Below are positions 18,850-28,713 of a stretch of DNA of 64,000 nucleotides, piece after piece (positions within the stretch are counted from its first letter, which is position 1; every line of letters begins with the position of its first letter). Under the pieces are notes generated by a model. That model had not been told where the DNA came from. It did no database searches and saw nothing but the letters and a program-made list of their open reading frames with translations. The translations under genes and the position numbers were made by a program. The stretch is taken from the NCBI GenBank assembly GCA_945901845.1, contig CAMDLR010000010.1, forward strand, positions 1,143-65,142, written 5' to 3'. The stretch is from Sediminibacterium ginsengisoli (GTDB taxonomy: Bacteria > Bacteroidota > Bacteroidia > Chitinophagales > Chitinophagaceae).

Positions 18850-20973
18850 ATGTTATCACAACCAATAAGTGTAAGTTTTGATCTTGGCGGCGGACGTCAA
18901 GTATCTATCGAAACTGGCAAGCTTGCGCGTCAAGCAGATGGTGCTGTTACCGTTCGTCAAGGTAACTGCGTTTTATTAGCGACTGTAGTTGCTAATAAAG
19001 ATCCAAGAGAAGGACAAGATTTTTTTCCATTAAGCGTAGACTACCAAGAAAAGTTTGCTTCTGCAGGCCGTATTCCTGGTTCGTTTTTTAAGCGTGAAGC
19101 GCGTTTAAATGATTATGAAATATTAACGAGCAGGTTAATTGACCGTGCTTTAAGACCTTTATTTCCTGAAGATTATTTATGCGATGTACAAGTACTTGTA
19201 AGTTTAATTTCTAGTGATGCGGAAGTATTACCAGATTCACTTGCTTGTTTAGCAGCATCAGCAGCACTTGCTGTATCAGATATTCCTGTAAAAGAAATTA
19301 TTTCTGAAGTGCGGATTGCGCGTGTGAATGGCCAGTTTTTGGTGAACCCTACACGTTCGGAACTTGCTCAATCAGATTTAGAATTTTTAATTGCTGCTAC
19401 CGATAAAAACCTAATGATGGTGGAAGGTGAAGCAAAAGAATGTTCTGAAGCAGATTTAATTAAAGCCCTAGAACTTGCGCATGATGCCATTCGCATTCAA
19501 ATTAAAGCACAAGCAGAATTAAGAGCTAAAAAAGGAGTTACTACTGTAAGAGATTACAAGAAGCCACCTCAATCAGAAGAAATTCAAGCTACAGTAAATG
19601 CTTTTGCATCTAAGCGTGTGTATGAAATTTCACGTAAGGGTTCTTCTAAAAATGAGCGTAGCGATGCCTATAGCGCATTAAAAGATGAGTTAGTTGCTAG
19701 CCTTGGCGAAGACCTTACCGATTTAGATAAAAAATTAGCTAAAAAATATTACGAAGACCTTAAGTGGGAAGTAGTTCGTAACATGATGGTAGATGAGCGT
19801 ATCCGTTTAGACGGTCGTTCATTAGATCAAGTACGTCCACTTGCAATGGAAGTAGAACCACTTCCAACTCCACACGGTTCGGCTTTATTTACAAGAGGTG
19901 AAACGCAATCTTTAACAACTGTAACATTTGGTACGAAGCTAGATGAGTTGTTACAAGAGAGTGCTGCAAAATCGGAGTACACGCCATTTATTTTGCATTA
20001 TAATTTCCCTCCTTTTAGTACAGGTGAAGTTAAAATGATGCGCGGTGTTGGTCGTAGAGAAGTAGGACATGGTAACCTTGCCATGCGTTCTTTAAAACAA
20101 ATGATGCCTAAAGAAGATTACGCGTACACCGTGCGTATAGTGAGTGATATTTTAGAAAGTAATGGTTCGTCTTCTATGGCAACCGTTTGTGCGGGTTCTT
20201 TAGCGCTTATGGATGCGGGTGTTCCTGTTCCTAAGCACGTAAGTGGTGTTGCAATGGGACTTATTTCTAGAGAAGATGGTAAGTATGCGATCTTAACAGA
20301 TATCTTAGGTGATGAAGATCATTTAGGTGATATGGACTTTAAAGTTACTGGTACACGTGATGGTATTTGCGGTGTGCAAATGGATATTAAAGTAGATGGT
20401 TTAAGTATGGATATTATGCGTGAAGCTTTGGCTCAAGCGCGTACAGGTCGTTTACATATCTTAGATGCGATGTACGATTGTATGCCAGCGCACAGACCAG
20501 AAGTGAAGCCACATGCACCACGTATGGTTAAAATTGTGATCGATAAAGAATTTATTGGTGCAGTGATCGGACCAGGTGGTAAAGTGATTCAAGAAATTCA
20601 GCGTGAAACAGGTACTACTATCAATATTGAAGAAGTAGGCAATACGGGTGTAGTAAGCATTTTCTGTGCTGAAAAAGCGGGTCTAGAAAAAGCATTAACA
20701 TGGGTGAAGGGCATTACTGCTGTTCCTGAAGTAGGTGATGTGTATGAAGGTCCTGTAAAAGGCATTAAAGAATTTGGTGCATTTATCGAATTCATGCCAG
20801 GTAAGCAGGGCTTATTACATATCTCTGAAATTAGCTGGTCGCGACTAGAAACCATGGATGGCATCTTTAATGAAGGTGACATGGTTAAAGTTAAATTGGT
20901 GGGCTTAGATCCAAAAACAGGTAAATTTAAATTAAGCCACAAGGCTTTAATACCAAGACCAGGAGCTGAATAA
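18850..20973 (+). CDS. pnp: polyribonucleotide nucleotidyltransferase (PNPase)
   Basis: 707 aa with two RNase PH domains, a KH domain (GPGGKVIQEIQ) and an S1 domain (GAFIEF.PGKQGLLHISE). Confidence 0.95.
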   Translation: MLSQPISVSFDLGGGRQVSIETGKLARQADGAVTVRQGNCVLLATVVANKDPREGQDFFPLSVDYQEKFASAGRIPGSFFKREARLNDYEILTSRLIDRALRPLFPEDYLCDVQVLVSLISSDAEVLPDSLACLAASAALAVSDIPVKEIISEVRIARVNGQFLVNPTRSELAQSDLEFLIAATDKNLMMVEGEAKECSEADLIKALELAHDAIRIQIKAQAELRAKKGVTTVRDYKKPPQSEEIQATVNAFASKRVYEISRKGSSKNERSDAYSALKDELVASLGEDLTDLDKKLAKKYYEDLKWEVVRNMMVDERIRLDGRSLDQVRPLAMEVEPLPTPHGSALFTRGETQSLTTVTFGTKLDELLQESAAKSEYTPFILHYNFPPFSTGEVKMMRGVGRREVGHGNLAMRSLKQMMPKEDYAYTVRIVSDILESNGSSSMATVCAGSLALMDAGVPVPKHVSGVAMGLISREDGKYAILTDILGDEDHLGDMDFKVTGTRDGICGVQMDIKVDGLSMDIMREALAQARTGRLHILDAMYDCMPAHRPEVKPHAPRMVKIVIDKEFIGAVIGPGGKVIQEIQRETGTTINIEEVGNTGVVSIFCAEKAGLEKALTWVKGITAVPEVGDVYEGPVKGIKEFGAFIEFMPGKQGLLHISEISWSRLETMDGIFNEGDMVKVKLVGLDPKTGKFKLSHKALIPRPGAE

Positions 20974-21000
20974 GGTGTAGGTAAATACAATAATTGAAGC

Positions 21001-21034
21001 AAAGGCCCGTTTAAAAACGGGCCTTTTTGTTTTT
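21001..21034 (+). terminator. rho-independent terminator after pnp
   Basis: GGCCCGTT (21004-21011) pairs with AACGGGCC (21016-23) around a 4-nt loop, followed by TTTTTGTTTTT. Confidence 0.75.
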
Positions 21035-21060
21035 ATGGTATTTATAAATAACAATTTAAT

Positions 21061-21888
21061 ATGCGTACAACCATTCAGGTTTCTATAAATGTATTGGATG
21101 AAGCTGTCAAGGATATGATGATTGCAGCATTATTGGATTTGGATTTTGATGGGTTTGAGGAGACCGAAACAGGTCTTTTTAGCTTCATAGAGTCGGCTCG
21201 TTTTGATGGTGAATTAAGAAGTCGGTTGGAGGAGGTCGTTAATCGTTATGGTTATACCTATACAAGTGCTGCCATTGATAAGCAAAATTGGAACGCTTTA
21301 TGGGAATCCAATTTTGAGCCCGTATTGGTAGATGATTTTGTAGGTGTTCGCGCTAATTTTCATCCGCCATTTAATGGAGGAGTGGAGCATGATATAATCA
21401 TTACCCCAAAAATGAGTTTTGGTACCGGGCATCATGGCACCACCTATTCTGTAATGCAACTAATGCGTGGTATAGATTTTACCAATAAAAGTGTCTTTGA
21501 CTTTGGAACGGGTACTGGTATCTTGGCTATTTTAGCCCATAAGCTAGGCGCAAGTTATGTTTTAGGCGTGGATAACGACGATTGGTGTATCGAAAATGCG
21601 TCAGAAAATATTGTAGTAAATAATGCACAATCAATTGAAATACATAAGGTTGATAATGCTAAACTCAATAAAAGATTTAATATTGTCATTGCCAATATCA
21701 ATAAAAATATCATACTTGACAACTTGGCCTTTTTGGCGGCGGCAACAGTGTCTGGCGGTGTTGTTTTGCTAAGCGGCCTTCTTGTTGAAGACGAGCCTGA
21801 AATAGAAGCGGCCTGTGCGTCACTTGGATGGAAACACCAATTAACAAGGACAAGAAATAACTGGATTGCGCTGCATTACATTGTTTAG
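21061..21888 (+). CDS. prmA: ribosomal protein L11 methyltransferase
   Basis: 275 aa with the SAM motif DFGTGTGILAI, FGTGHH.TT and a C-terminal NI(N) block typical of PrmA. Confidence 0.85.
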   Translation: MRTTIQVSINVLDEAVKDMMIAALLDLDFDGFEETETGLFSFIESARFDGELRSRLEEVVNRYGYTYTSAAIDKQNWNALWESNFEPVLVDDFVGVRANFHPPFNGGVEHDIIITPKMSFGTGHHGTTYSVMQLMRGIDFTNKSVFDFGTGTGILAILAHKLGASYVLGVDNDDWCIENASENIVVNNAQSIEIHKVDNAKLNKRFNIVIANINKNIILDNLAFLAAATVSGGVVLLSGLLVEDEPEIEAACASLGWKHQLTRTRNNWIALHYIV

Positions 21889-21986
21889 TTTAATATGCTT
21901 AAAAGTTAAACAGTATCCAAGGCTTTATTAATTAATCATTAATTTTAAAAATAGTCGTTCTAGAACTCAATTTTAAATGTATCGTG

Positions 21987-22646
21987 ATGAATGAATTTTT
22001 GCTCATAATATTAGCTTATTTAATAGGTTCTATTCCAACATCTGTTTGGGTTAGTAAGCAATTTTTTGACATTGATATCAGAGAATATGGTAGTGGAAAC
22101 GCTGGTGCTACCAACACTTTCAGGGTCCTTGGTTCTAAATGGGGCAGTTTTGTAATGCTAGTCGATGTCATTAAAGGCGTGGTGGCAACTTCACTTTATT
22201 TGTTACTTCCTCATTATTTAACCAACGAATTACACCAAACCAACTTTATGTTGGGTTTAGGAATTGCTTCTATACTGGGTCATATTTTTCCTATTTGGGC
22301 CAATTTTAAAGGTGGGAAAGGGGTGGCTACCCTGTTAGGTATGGCTGTTGCCATCCAACCTATTGTAGCTGTGTGTTGTATTGGGGTATTTTTAATTGTA
22401 CTTTTTTTAACCCGTTTTGTATCCCTTAGCTCTATATTAGCAGGGATAGCTTTTATGGTTTTTATACTATTTGTGTTTAATGAACAGCCTACCTTTTACC
22501 GAATTTTTGCGGTAATGGTGGCTCTTATGGTGGTATTGACACACCAGAAAAACATTGGCCGAATATTAAACGGTACCGAAAGTAAGGTTACAATTTTACG
22601 TCACCGAGACCGCCGAAAGCAAAGAAAATCAGGCGATAAGGACTAG
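21987..22646 (+). CDS. plsY: glycerol-3-phosphate acyltransferase PlsY
   Basis: Polytopic membrane protein with GSGN.GATN and FKGGKGVAT motifs. I use the ATG at 21987, one codon inside the GTG-opened ORF-track frame. Confidence 0.9.
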   Translation: MNEFLLIILAYLIGSIPTSVWVSKQFFDIDIREYGSGNAGATNTFRVLGSKWGSFVMLVDVIKGVVATSLYLLLPHYLTNELHQTNFMLGLGIASILGHIFPIWANFKGGKGVATLLGMAVAIQPIVAVCCIGVFLIVLFLTRFVSLSSILAGIAFMVFILFVFNEQPTFYRIFAVMVALMVVLTHQKNIGRILNGTESKVTILRHRDRRKQRKSGDKD

Positions 22647-22684
22647 TTTATTGCATTTTTGCGTTAAATACTCTATATTTTTTG

Positions 22685-22692
22685 TACCTTTG
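22685..22692 (+). promoter_or_regulatory. Bacteroidota -7 promoter box TAccTTTG
   Basis: Exact TAnnTTTG match about 34 nt upstream of the ATG at 22726. Confidence 0.4.
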
Positions 22693-22725
22693 CACTCTTT
22701 TTAGTTAATCCCTAATTTTTTAGGT

Positions 22726-23394
22726 ATGTCCAATCAGCCGCTGTTAGAAAAGCTTCAATTAAAAGACGAAAAGAATATCCTGATCCAGGGTCTTCCTTCT
22801 TCTGTAGAAAAGCAATTTGTAAAAGTAAATTTTGCTAAAAACGTAACGCCATTAATTAAAGCCAAGAAATTGGATTTTGCTTTGGTCTTTGCGCTTAGCC
22901 AGCAGCAGCTCAATAATATATTAAAAGAGGTATTTCCAGCTATTACACCCGATACTAAATTATGGATTGCTTACCCTAAAACCACGAGTAAAATTGTGAG
23001 TGACCTCAATAGAGAGTCTAGTTGGGAAGTACTTACTAAAAATGACTACGAATCGGTACGTCAAGTAACACTCGATCACGTATGGAGTGCCATTCGTTTC
23101 CAAAAAACAGATCAAATTCCAAATAAAGACCGTAGCTTTTCTGATGTAAAAAGTTTAGAGCTAAAGAGCGGTTCGGGTTTTGAAAAGCGACTCATTGCTT
23201 TACCCGTAGATTTGGAAAGGATTTTTACCAACCACGAAGAAGCCAAAGAATTTTTTACTTCTTTGTCTATTAGCAACCAAAAAGAATACCTAAGCTGGAT
23301 TCAGGGTGCTAAAAAAGCAGAGACGAGACAAATTCGTTTAGAAACTGCCGTAGAAAAGCTGATGGCTGGTAAAAGAAATCCTTCCGAAAAATAA
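22726..23394 (+). CDS. YdeI/OmpD-associated family protein
   Basis: 222 aa. The C-terminal block F..LS.SNQKEYLSWIQGAKK.ETR..R resembles the YdeI/OmdA family. The N-terminal half is unassigned. Confidence 0.55.
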   Translation: MSNQPLLEKLQLKDEKNILIQGLPSSVEKQFVKVNFAKNVTPLIKAKKLDFALVFALSQQQLNNILKEVFPAITPDTKLWIAYPKTTSKIVSDLNRESSWEVLTKNDYESVRQVTLDHVWSAIRFQKTDQIPNKDRSFSDVKSLELKSGSGFEKRLIALPVDLERIFTNHEEAKEFFTSLSISNQKEYLSWIQGAKKAETRQIRLETAVEKLMAGKRNPSEK

Positions 23395-23397
23395 ACC

Positions 23398-24669
23398 CTA
23401 TACAGCGGCAATAGCCAATTCTTTAATGGCAGTAACAAGCTGGTCCAACTCCTTAGATGTAGTAAATACATTAGGTGTAATTCTACATCCCACCACATTT
23501 CCGGTGTCTATCCCCACCGTGTAAATCTTATATTTTTCAAAAAGTGTTTTTGCTAAATCTGCAGGGTTCATGCCTTTGATGCCTACATTGGCAATGGCGC
23601 AAATTCTCGTATCCTGTTTTGGGGTATTATACACAACGCCTGGGATATCCATAATTTGCTGGGTCCAATACTGCTGTAAAAATTTGAGACGTGCCTGTTT
23701 GCGTGCGGGTCCTACAAGTTTATAATGTTCTATAGCATCTTCGATGGTTAAATCGGTGGCAACAGGGTGGGTGCCTGTGTGGTTAAATTTAGCAATGCCT
23801 AATTCTTCCCCTTTTGAAGGTCCAATTAATGGCCATACAAGATCCTGATTTTCTTTGCTTACATATAAAATACCAGCACCAAGTGGGCTTGAAAGCCATT
23901 TGTGTAAACTAGCGCCATAGTAATCACAGTGTAAATCAGGAATATTAAAAACTAGTTGTGCAAAAGCATGGGCTCCGTCCACGAGTACTTGAACACCGCG
24001 GGCATGAGCCATGTCACAAATTTTGCGAATAGGCATTACCTGCCCTGAAATATTGATTACATGCGATACGAGCAGAAGTTTTGTTTTGGGTGTAATTGCA
24101 TTTTTGTAAAGTGCTACAATTTCTTCGTCGGAAGATGGATTGAGAGGTACCGAAACAATTTTATTAACTACTCCGTGCCTAGAACTTACTTCTCTAAACA
24201 TATCTAGCATGGCGCCATAATCTTGAACGGCCATTACTGCTTCGTCACCAGGCTGCCATTTAAAGCCAGCTATAATGGTATCTAATGACTCGGTGGTATT
24301 TCTGGTAATAACAATTTCGGAAGGGTCGCAACCTGCAAGGGTGGCAAGTTTTGCAGCCACTCTTTTTTTATTTTCATATTGAACAGTTCGCATATAATAC
24401 GCGCCTAAACTATTTACGTATTTAATATGCTCAATGTATTTATTGAGTAGTTTTTGCGGAAGTATATTATAGTAACCGCTTTCTAAATTAATATAGCTTT
24501 CTTGTAAAACATAATCGGCCCTTAGGGCTGCCCAAAAGTTTTCATCGGATGCAATTATTTCTAGCGGCAGATGATTGTGTTTAGCAATATGTGCCGCTAC
24601 CGAAAATTTTGTAAATGGCAACGACATGCCGGCTAATGTGAGTCCTTTTAAAAAAGTTCTTTTGTGCAT
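23398..24669 (-). CDS. class-V-fold PLP-dependent enzyme (cysteine desulfurase / isopenicillin-N epimerase-like) with a Tat-like signal
   Basis: 423 aa with the PLP-lysine context ASLHKWLSSPLGAG. The N-terminus MHKRTFLKGLTLAGMSLPF resembles a twin-arginine leader, with KR in place of RR. Confidence 0.7.
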   Translation of the reverse strand: MHKRTFLKGLTLAGMSLPFTKFSVAAHIAKHNHLPLEIIASDENFWAALRADYVLQESYINLESGYYNILPQKLLNKYIEHIKYVNSLGAYYMRTVQYENKKRVAAKLATLAGCDPSEIVITRNTTESLDTIIAGFKWQPGDEAVMAVQDYGAMLDMFREVSSRHGVVNKIVSVPLNPSSDEEIVALYKNAITPKTKLLLVSHVINISGQVMPIRKICDMAHARGVQVLVDGAHAFAQLVFNIPDLHCDYYGASLHKWLSSPLGAGILYVSKENQDLVWPLIGPSKGEELGIAKFNHTGTHPVATDLTIEDAIEHYKLVGPARKQARLKFLQQYWTQQIMDIPGVVYNTPKQDTRICAIANVGIKGMNPADLAKTLFEKYKIYTVGIDTGNVVGCRITPNVFTTSKELDQLVTAIKELAIAAV

Positions 24670-24683
24670 ACGGGTAATTTTAA

Positions 24684-27095
24684 TTAGTCCTCGTCTTTTT
24701 CAGTAGACGGGATAATAAATGCGGCTCTGCGCGGTGCAGGAAACGGAATATCATTTCCTTTGATCGCATGCCATAAAATTTTGCTAAATTCTAGATCGTT
24801 GTTGGTATCTTCTTTTACAAAATTTAATTTCTCTGATCTTTTTTGCCACTCATTGTAAGCGGTATTTTTTTCTAATAAATTATAAGAAGGTATAATCGCT
24901 TTATAATTAAACGGTTTAGGCGTATTTGCAAAGCAGCGCCACAAAGGTGTTGCACCAGCGTCATATTGTGTCATCGGAGGAAGTCCTAAAATAAGCTCCA
25001 TGGTGCGGAGCATTCCACTTGTAGAATATGGTGTGTGGTCTATAAAATTTCTTTTTACAAAACCGCCAAAAACATAGGCAGGGCTTCTGTGTGCATCCAC
25101 GTGGTCTGCGCCATTTTGTGCGTCATCTTCTAAAACAAATACCGCCGATTCGTTCCAGATAGGGCTCTTTGCTAAATGCTCTAAAAATAAACCAACAGCT
25201 AAATCATTATCTGCTACGTGCGCATATGGGGTTGGTCTGCCTATTCTTGTTCCTTCGGTGTGGTCGTTTCCAAAACGAACGGTATTAAATTTTGGTACTT
25301 GACCTTTTGCAAGTAATGAGTCAAAATCTCTTTGCCATCTTTTAAACCTGAGGGTATCTGTGATATTTAAACCATAGGAAGGGAAGTCTTTACAGAAATG
25401 ATCATTTAAAACAGGTACTGTAGCTTTGCCGCCTGTTACAAACTCTCCGTAAGAGCGGTAGCTAATACCAGCTCTGTAGCAATTGTTCCAGATAAATCCG
25501 TTTTTATTATTGGCAATTTCTCTTTCACCTTCGCCACCATAGGTACCGCCTCTGCCAGAGTAACTGGTAGGCCATGTTTTTTCGAGGTAGTCATTTGCAT
25601 AAGCGCCCATACTCCAGTTGTGTCCGTCGGCACTTACTTCTGAATCAACATAAAAATTATCTAGTAAAACAAAATTACTTGCAATGGCATGTTGGTTGGG
25701 TGTAATATTTTTTCCGAATAATAATAGGGATGTGTCACCATTGCCACCTGGCATGTCTGCTAGCACTTGATCGTAGGTACGGTTTTCTTTTATAATGTAA
25801 AACACATATTTAATAGGAGAAGGTTGTCCCACTTTACTAGGTATTGGATTGCCCGCTTCGATGCTATCTGCCTGTGTTAATTTAGCTGCTGTATAAGGCG
25901 TGTTTTTATACACTGTTTTAGTATACTTAATTAATTCGGGTGCAGTGGGGTTGGTGATAATACTCATGGTGCCGGTAAATAAAGCGCCAATATACTGTTC
26001 ACTATCTGAGGTTTTAGTAACGCCCATGTGGTGAATGACTTCCCCTTTTTTTCTGATAGGGGAAGGTCCAAACGGATTTGCTTTTGGTGTAAATCCTTTA
26101 CCGTTGGCTACCCAAATTTTATTATTTAAAAAACGCACACTGGTAGGGTACCAGCCCGTTGGAATAAAACCCACCGATTTACTGCTACCTATTTTTGCAA
26201 TATCAAAAACCGCTAAACAGTTGTTGTCTGCGTTGGCAATAAATAAACGGTTATTTTTTTTATCAATGGCTAAGCTGTTGGTAGTAGAACCACTTGGTGC
26301 ATTTGGATACAGTGCGGCATCTAAAATTTCTACAACTTTATTTTTTGCAATATCAATAATAGAAACGCTATTGTCATTGGCATTACACACAAATAAATGG
26401 GTATTGGTGATGAGCATTTCGTTGGGGTTATCTCCAACGGTAATTGGTGGCGCCCAAGTTTTTGTTTTTAAATCAAATACTAAAACCTGATCAGCACCCC
26501 AACAACTAATGTACAGGGTAGATTTATTAGGGCTTAGTTTACAAGTGAATGCTTCTGCTGCTAAACCATATTTTCCAATTATTTTTTTTGTGTTTAGATC
26601 AAAAATATAGAGCTGTTTGTCTTCTCTGGTAACAATAAATAATTGCTGTGTACTTTCGTTAATTTCAATCCCTGCTGGTCCAATTTTTTCTGGCCATTTG
26701 TTGCCTAACAATAAACTATCAACGAGCATTAATTTATTGTTTTGGATCGCGTATTTATTGATGCGGTTGTCGTGCCCGGCGCCTACGTATAAGTATTTTT
26801 CATCGGTACTAAATTTTAAACCGTACCAAGATTTTGCAATGCTAACGGAGTCAATAATTTTTTCTGATTTGGTATCTATGAGTTCGATGCTCTGGTATCC
26901 TTGTCCATTATTGGTAACGGCCATGTATTTGCCAGTACTACTAACTTCTATGTTTAACGGGAGGTCTCCAAGTGCAAAGGAGGTGCCAGCAGGATTTAAT
27001 TTCCACCCATTGGCTAACTGAATGGTTTGCGCTTGTAGGGTTGTAGACGTTACAGCTAACAGCGTAATTGCTAAAACTTGGAGTAGCTTTTTCAT
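24684..27095 (-). CDS. fusion protein: YncE/YVTN-type beta-propeller plus phosphoesterase (PLC/AcpA) domain, secreted
   Basis: 803 aa with a signal peptide. The N-terminal ~400 aa carry repeated propeller blades (LYV, LFI, LFV motifs). The C-terminal half has IKENRTYDQVL, GNDHT and EDDAQNGADHVDAHRS, characteristic of the phosphoesterase family. Confidence 0.7.
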   Translation of the reverse strand: MKKLLQVLAITLLAVTSTTLQAQTIQLANGWKLNPAGTSFALGDLPLNIEVSSTGKYMAVTNNGQGYQSIELIDTKSEKIIDSVSIAKSWYGLKFSTDEKYLYVGAGHDNRINKYAIQNNKLMLVDSLLLGNKWPEKIGPAGIEINESTQQLFIVTREDKQLYIFDLNTKKIIGKYGLAAEAFTCKLSPNKSTLYISCWGADQVLVFDLKTKTWAPPITVGDNPNEMLITNTHLFVCNANDNSVSIIDIAKNKVVEILDAALYPNAPSGSTTNSLAIDKKNNRLFIANADNNCLAVFDIAKIGSSKSVGFIPTGWYPTSVRFLNNKIWVANGKGFTPKANPFGPSPIRKKGEVIHHMGVTKTSDSEQYIGALFTGTMSIITNPTAPELIKYTKTVYKNTPYTAAKLTQADSIEAGNPIPSKVGQPSPIKYVFYIIKENRTYDQVLADMPGGNGDTSLLLFGKNITPNQHAIASNFVLLDNFYVDSEVSADGHNWSMGAYANDYLEKTWPTSYSGRGGTYGGEGEREIANNKNGFIWNNCYRAGISYRSYGEFVTGGKATVPVLNDHFCKDFPSYGLNITDTLRFKRWQRDFDSLLAKGQVPKFNTVRFGNDHTEGTRIGRPTPYAHVADNDLAVGLFLEHLAKSPIWNESAVFVLEDDAQNGADHVDAHRSPAYVFGGFVKRNFIDHTPYSTSGMLRTMELILGLPPMTQYDAGATPLWRCFANTPKPFNYKAIIPSYNLLEKNTAYNEWQKRSEKLNFVKEDTNNDLEFSKILWHAIKGNDIPFPAPRRAAFIIPSTEKDED

Positions 27096-27201
27096 AGTAG
27101 TATATTAATGGCAAAAAGGTAAGGATTTTAGGGAAAATAGTGCTACCTGCTAGATTAATTATTTATTATTGTTTACCTTAGAAATATACTTAATTTATTT
27201 T

Positions 27202-28644
27202 ATGTTACTTACCTGCCTGCTATCTATTGTTAATTTTTTTATAACAGCGCCTCCTATTTTAAAGGATACCGCCACACCCAATGTTGTGCTCATATTTATG
27301 GATGATATGGGCTATGGTGATCCAGAAGTGTATGGAGGCATTCCATACCATACGCCCAATATAAATAAGTTGGCGGCAAGTGGTATGCGCTTCACCAATT
27401 TTTATGCAGCCCAGGCGGTATGTAGTGCTTCTAGAGCGGCACTATTAACAGGATGCTATCCAAATAGAGTTGGTATTTCTGGTGCACTTATGCCATGGTC
27501 AACTGTTGCATTAAGCCCAAAGGAAGAGACCATTGCAAGTATTGTAAAAACAAAAGGATACGCAACAGGCATGATTGGTAAATGGCATTTGGGTGCGAAA
27601 GCTCCTTATTTACCTACCTCATATGGCTTTGATGAATACCTTGGGCTACCATATTCTAATGATATGTGGCCTGTTGGTTTTGATGGCATACCCATTACCG
27701 ATACCGCCAATAAAAAATCTAAATATCCGCCACTTCAGTTGTTAGATGGATTTAATCCGGTCATGCCTATTCATAATTTAGAAGATCAATCTAAACTCAC
27801 AACCATTTACACAGAGCGTGCTGTTAAATTTATAAACAAGAATAAAAACAAACCATTTTTTTTATACCTCGCGCATTCTATGCCACACGTGCCTATTGCA
27901 GTTTCGAGTAAGTACAAAAACAAAAGTGGCGCTGGCTTATTTGGTGATTTAATGATGGAAATAGATTGGTCAATTGGAGAAGTGATGATGGCACTTGAAA
28001 AAAATGGATTAACAAAAAATACACTCATTATTTTTACGAGTGACAACGGCCCTTGGTTAACATATGGTAACCATGCAGGCAGTACCGGCGGGCTTCGTGA
28101 AGGAAAAGGTTCTGCATGGGATGGGGGTGTAAAAGTACCCTGCATTATGAGTTATCCGGGCGTTATTGCGCCTGGTTCAATCTGTAATAATTTGGCAGCT
28201 ACCATGGATGTGCTGCCTACCATTGCAGCGCTTACAAAAACTAAATTACCTGATCATAAAATTGATGGGATAGATATTATTTCATTACTAACCGGGCAGC
28301 CAAATGCCAACCCTCGCGATCATTTTGTGTATTATTATGACAATAATAGCCTTAAAGCTGTTAGACAAGGTGTATGGAAATTGGTATTTGCGCACCAATC
28401 TCAAACGTACAAAGCCACAGATATGGGTAAAGATGGATTTCCGGGTAAATATGCCTCTATGGCTGTACCTATGGCGCTTTACGATTTATCCACCGATCCC
28501 GGTGAAACACTTGATGTGGCAAAGCACAATCCAGCAGTGTTAGCGGCCCTTAACGCCATTGCGGATATTTATAGAACTGAACTTGGAGATGATCTGACAA
28601 ATAAGCCAGGTACTCAAAAAAGACCCGCTGCCACCATTCAATAA
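27202..28644 (+). CDS. arylsulfatase (formylglycine-dependent sulfatase family)
   Basis: Contains NVVLIFMDDMGYGD, the FGly signature CSASRAALLTG (C-x-A-x-R), MPH.P and SDNGP. The ATG at 27202 is preferred over the upstream TTG of the ORF-track frame. Confidence 0.85.
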   Translation: MLLTCLLSIVNFFITAPPILKDTATPNVVLIFMDDMGYGDPEVYGGIPYHTPNINKLAASGMRFTNFYAAQAVCSASRAALLTGCYPNRVGISGALMPWSTVALSPKEETIASIVKTKGYATGMIGKWHLGAKAPYLPTSYGFDEYLGLPYSNDMWPVGFDGIPITDTANKKSKYPPLQLLDGFNPVMPIHNLEDQSKLTTIYTERAVKFINKNKNKPFFLYLAHSMPHVPIAVSSKYKNKSGAGLFGDLMMEIDWSIGEVMMALEKNGLTKNTLIIFTSDNGPWLTYGNHAGSTGGLREGKGSAWDGGVKVPCIMSYPGVIAPGSICNNLAATMDVLPTIAALTKTKLPDHKIDGIDIISLLTGQPNANPRDHFVYYYDNNSLKAVRQGVWKLVFAHQSQTYKATDMGKDGFPGKYASMAVPMALYDLSTDPGETLDVAKHNPAVLAALNAIADIYRTELGDDLTNKPGTQKRPAATIQ

Positions 28645-28713
28645 TGGGTAGTTTTTGTCTGATATATAATAAGATTAATTTTCGTTATATTAGTATTCAA
28701 ATATTTTAATTGT

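Noticed and set aside
20598-21002. 134-aa minus-strand ORF over the pnp 3' end
   Set aside because: It is antisense to the KH/S1 domains of PNPase and runs into the pnp terminator.
21950-21970. Perfect 10-nt palindrome GTTCTAGAAC upstream of plsY
   Set aside because: Short palindromes of this length occur by chance in AT-rich spacers. There is no second half-site or repeat elsewhere in the window.
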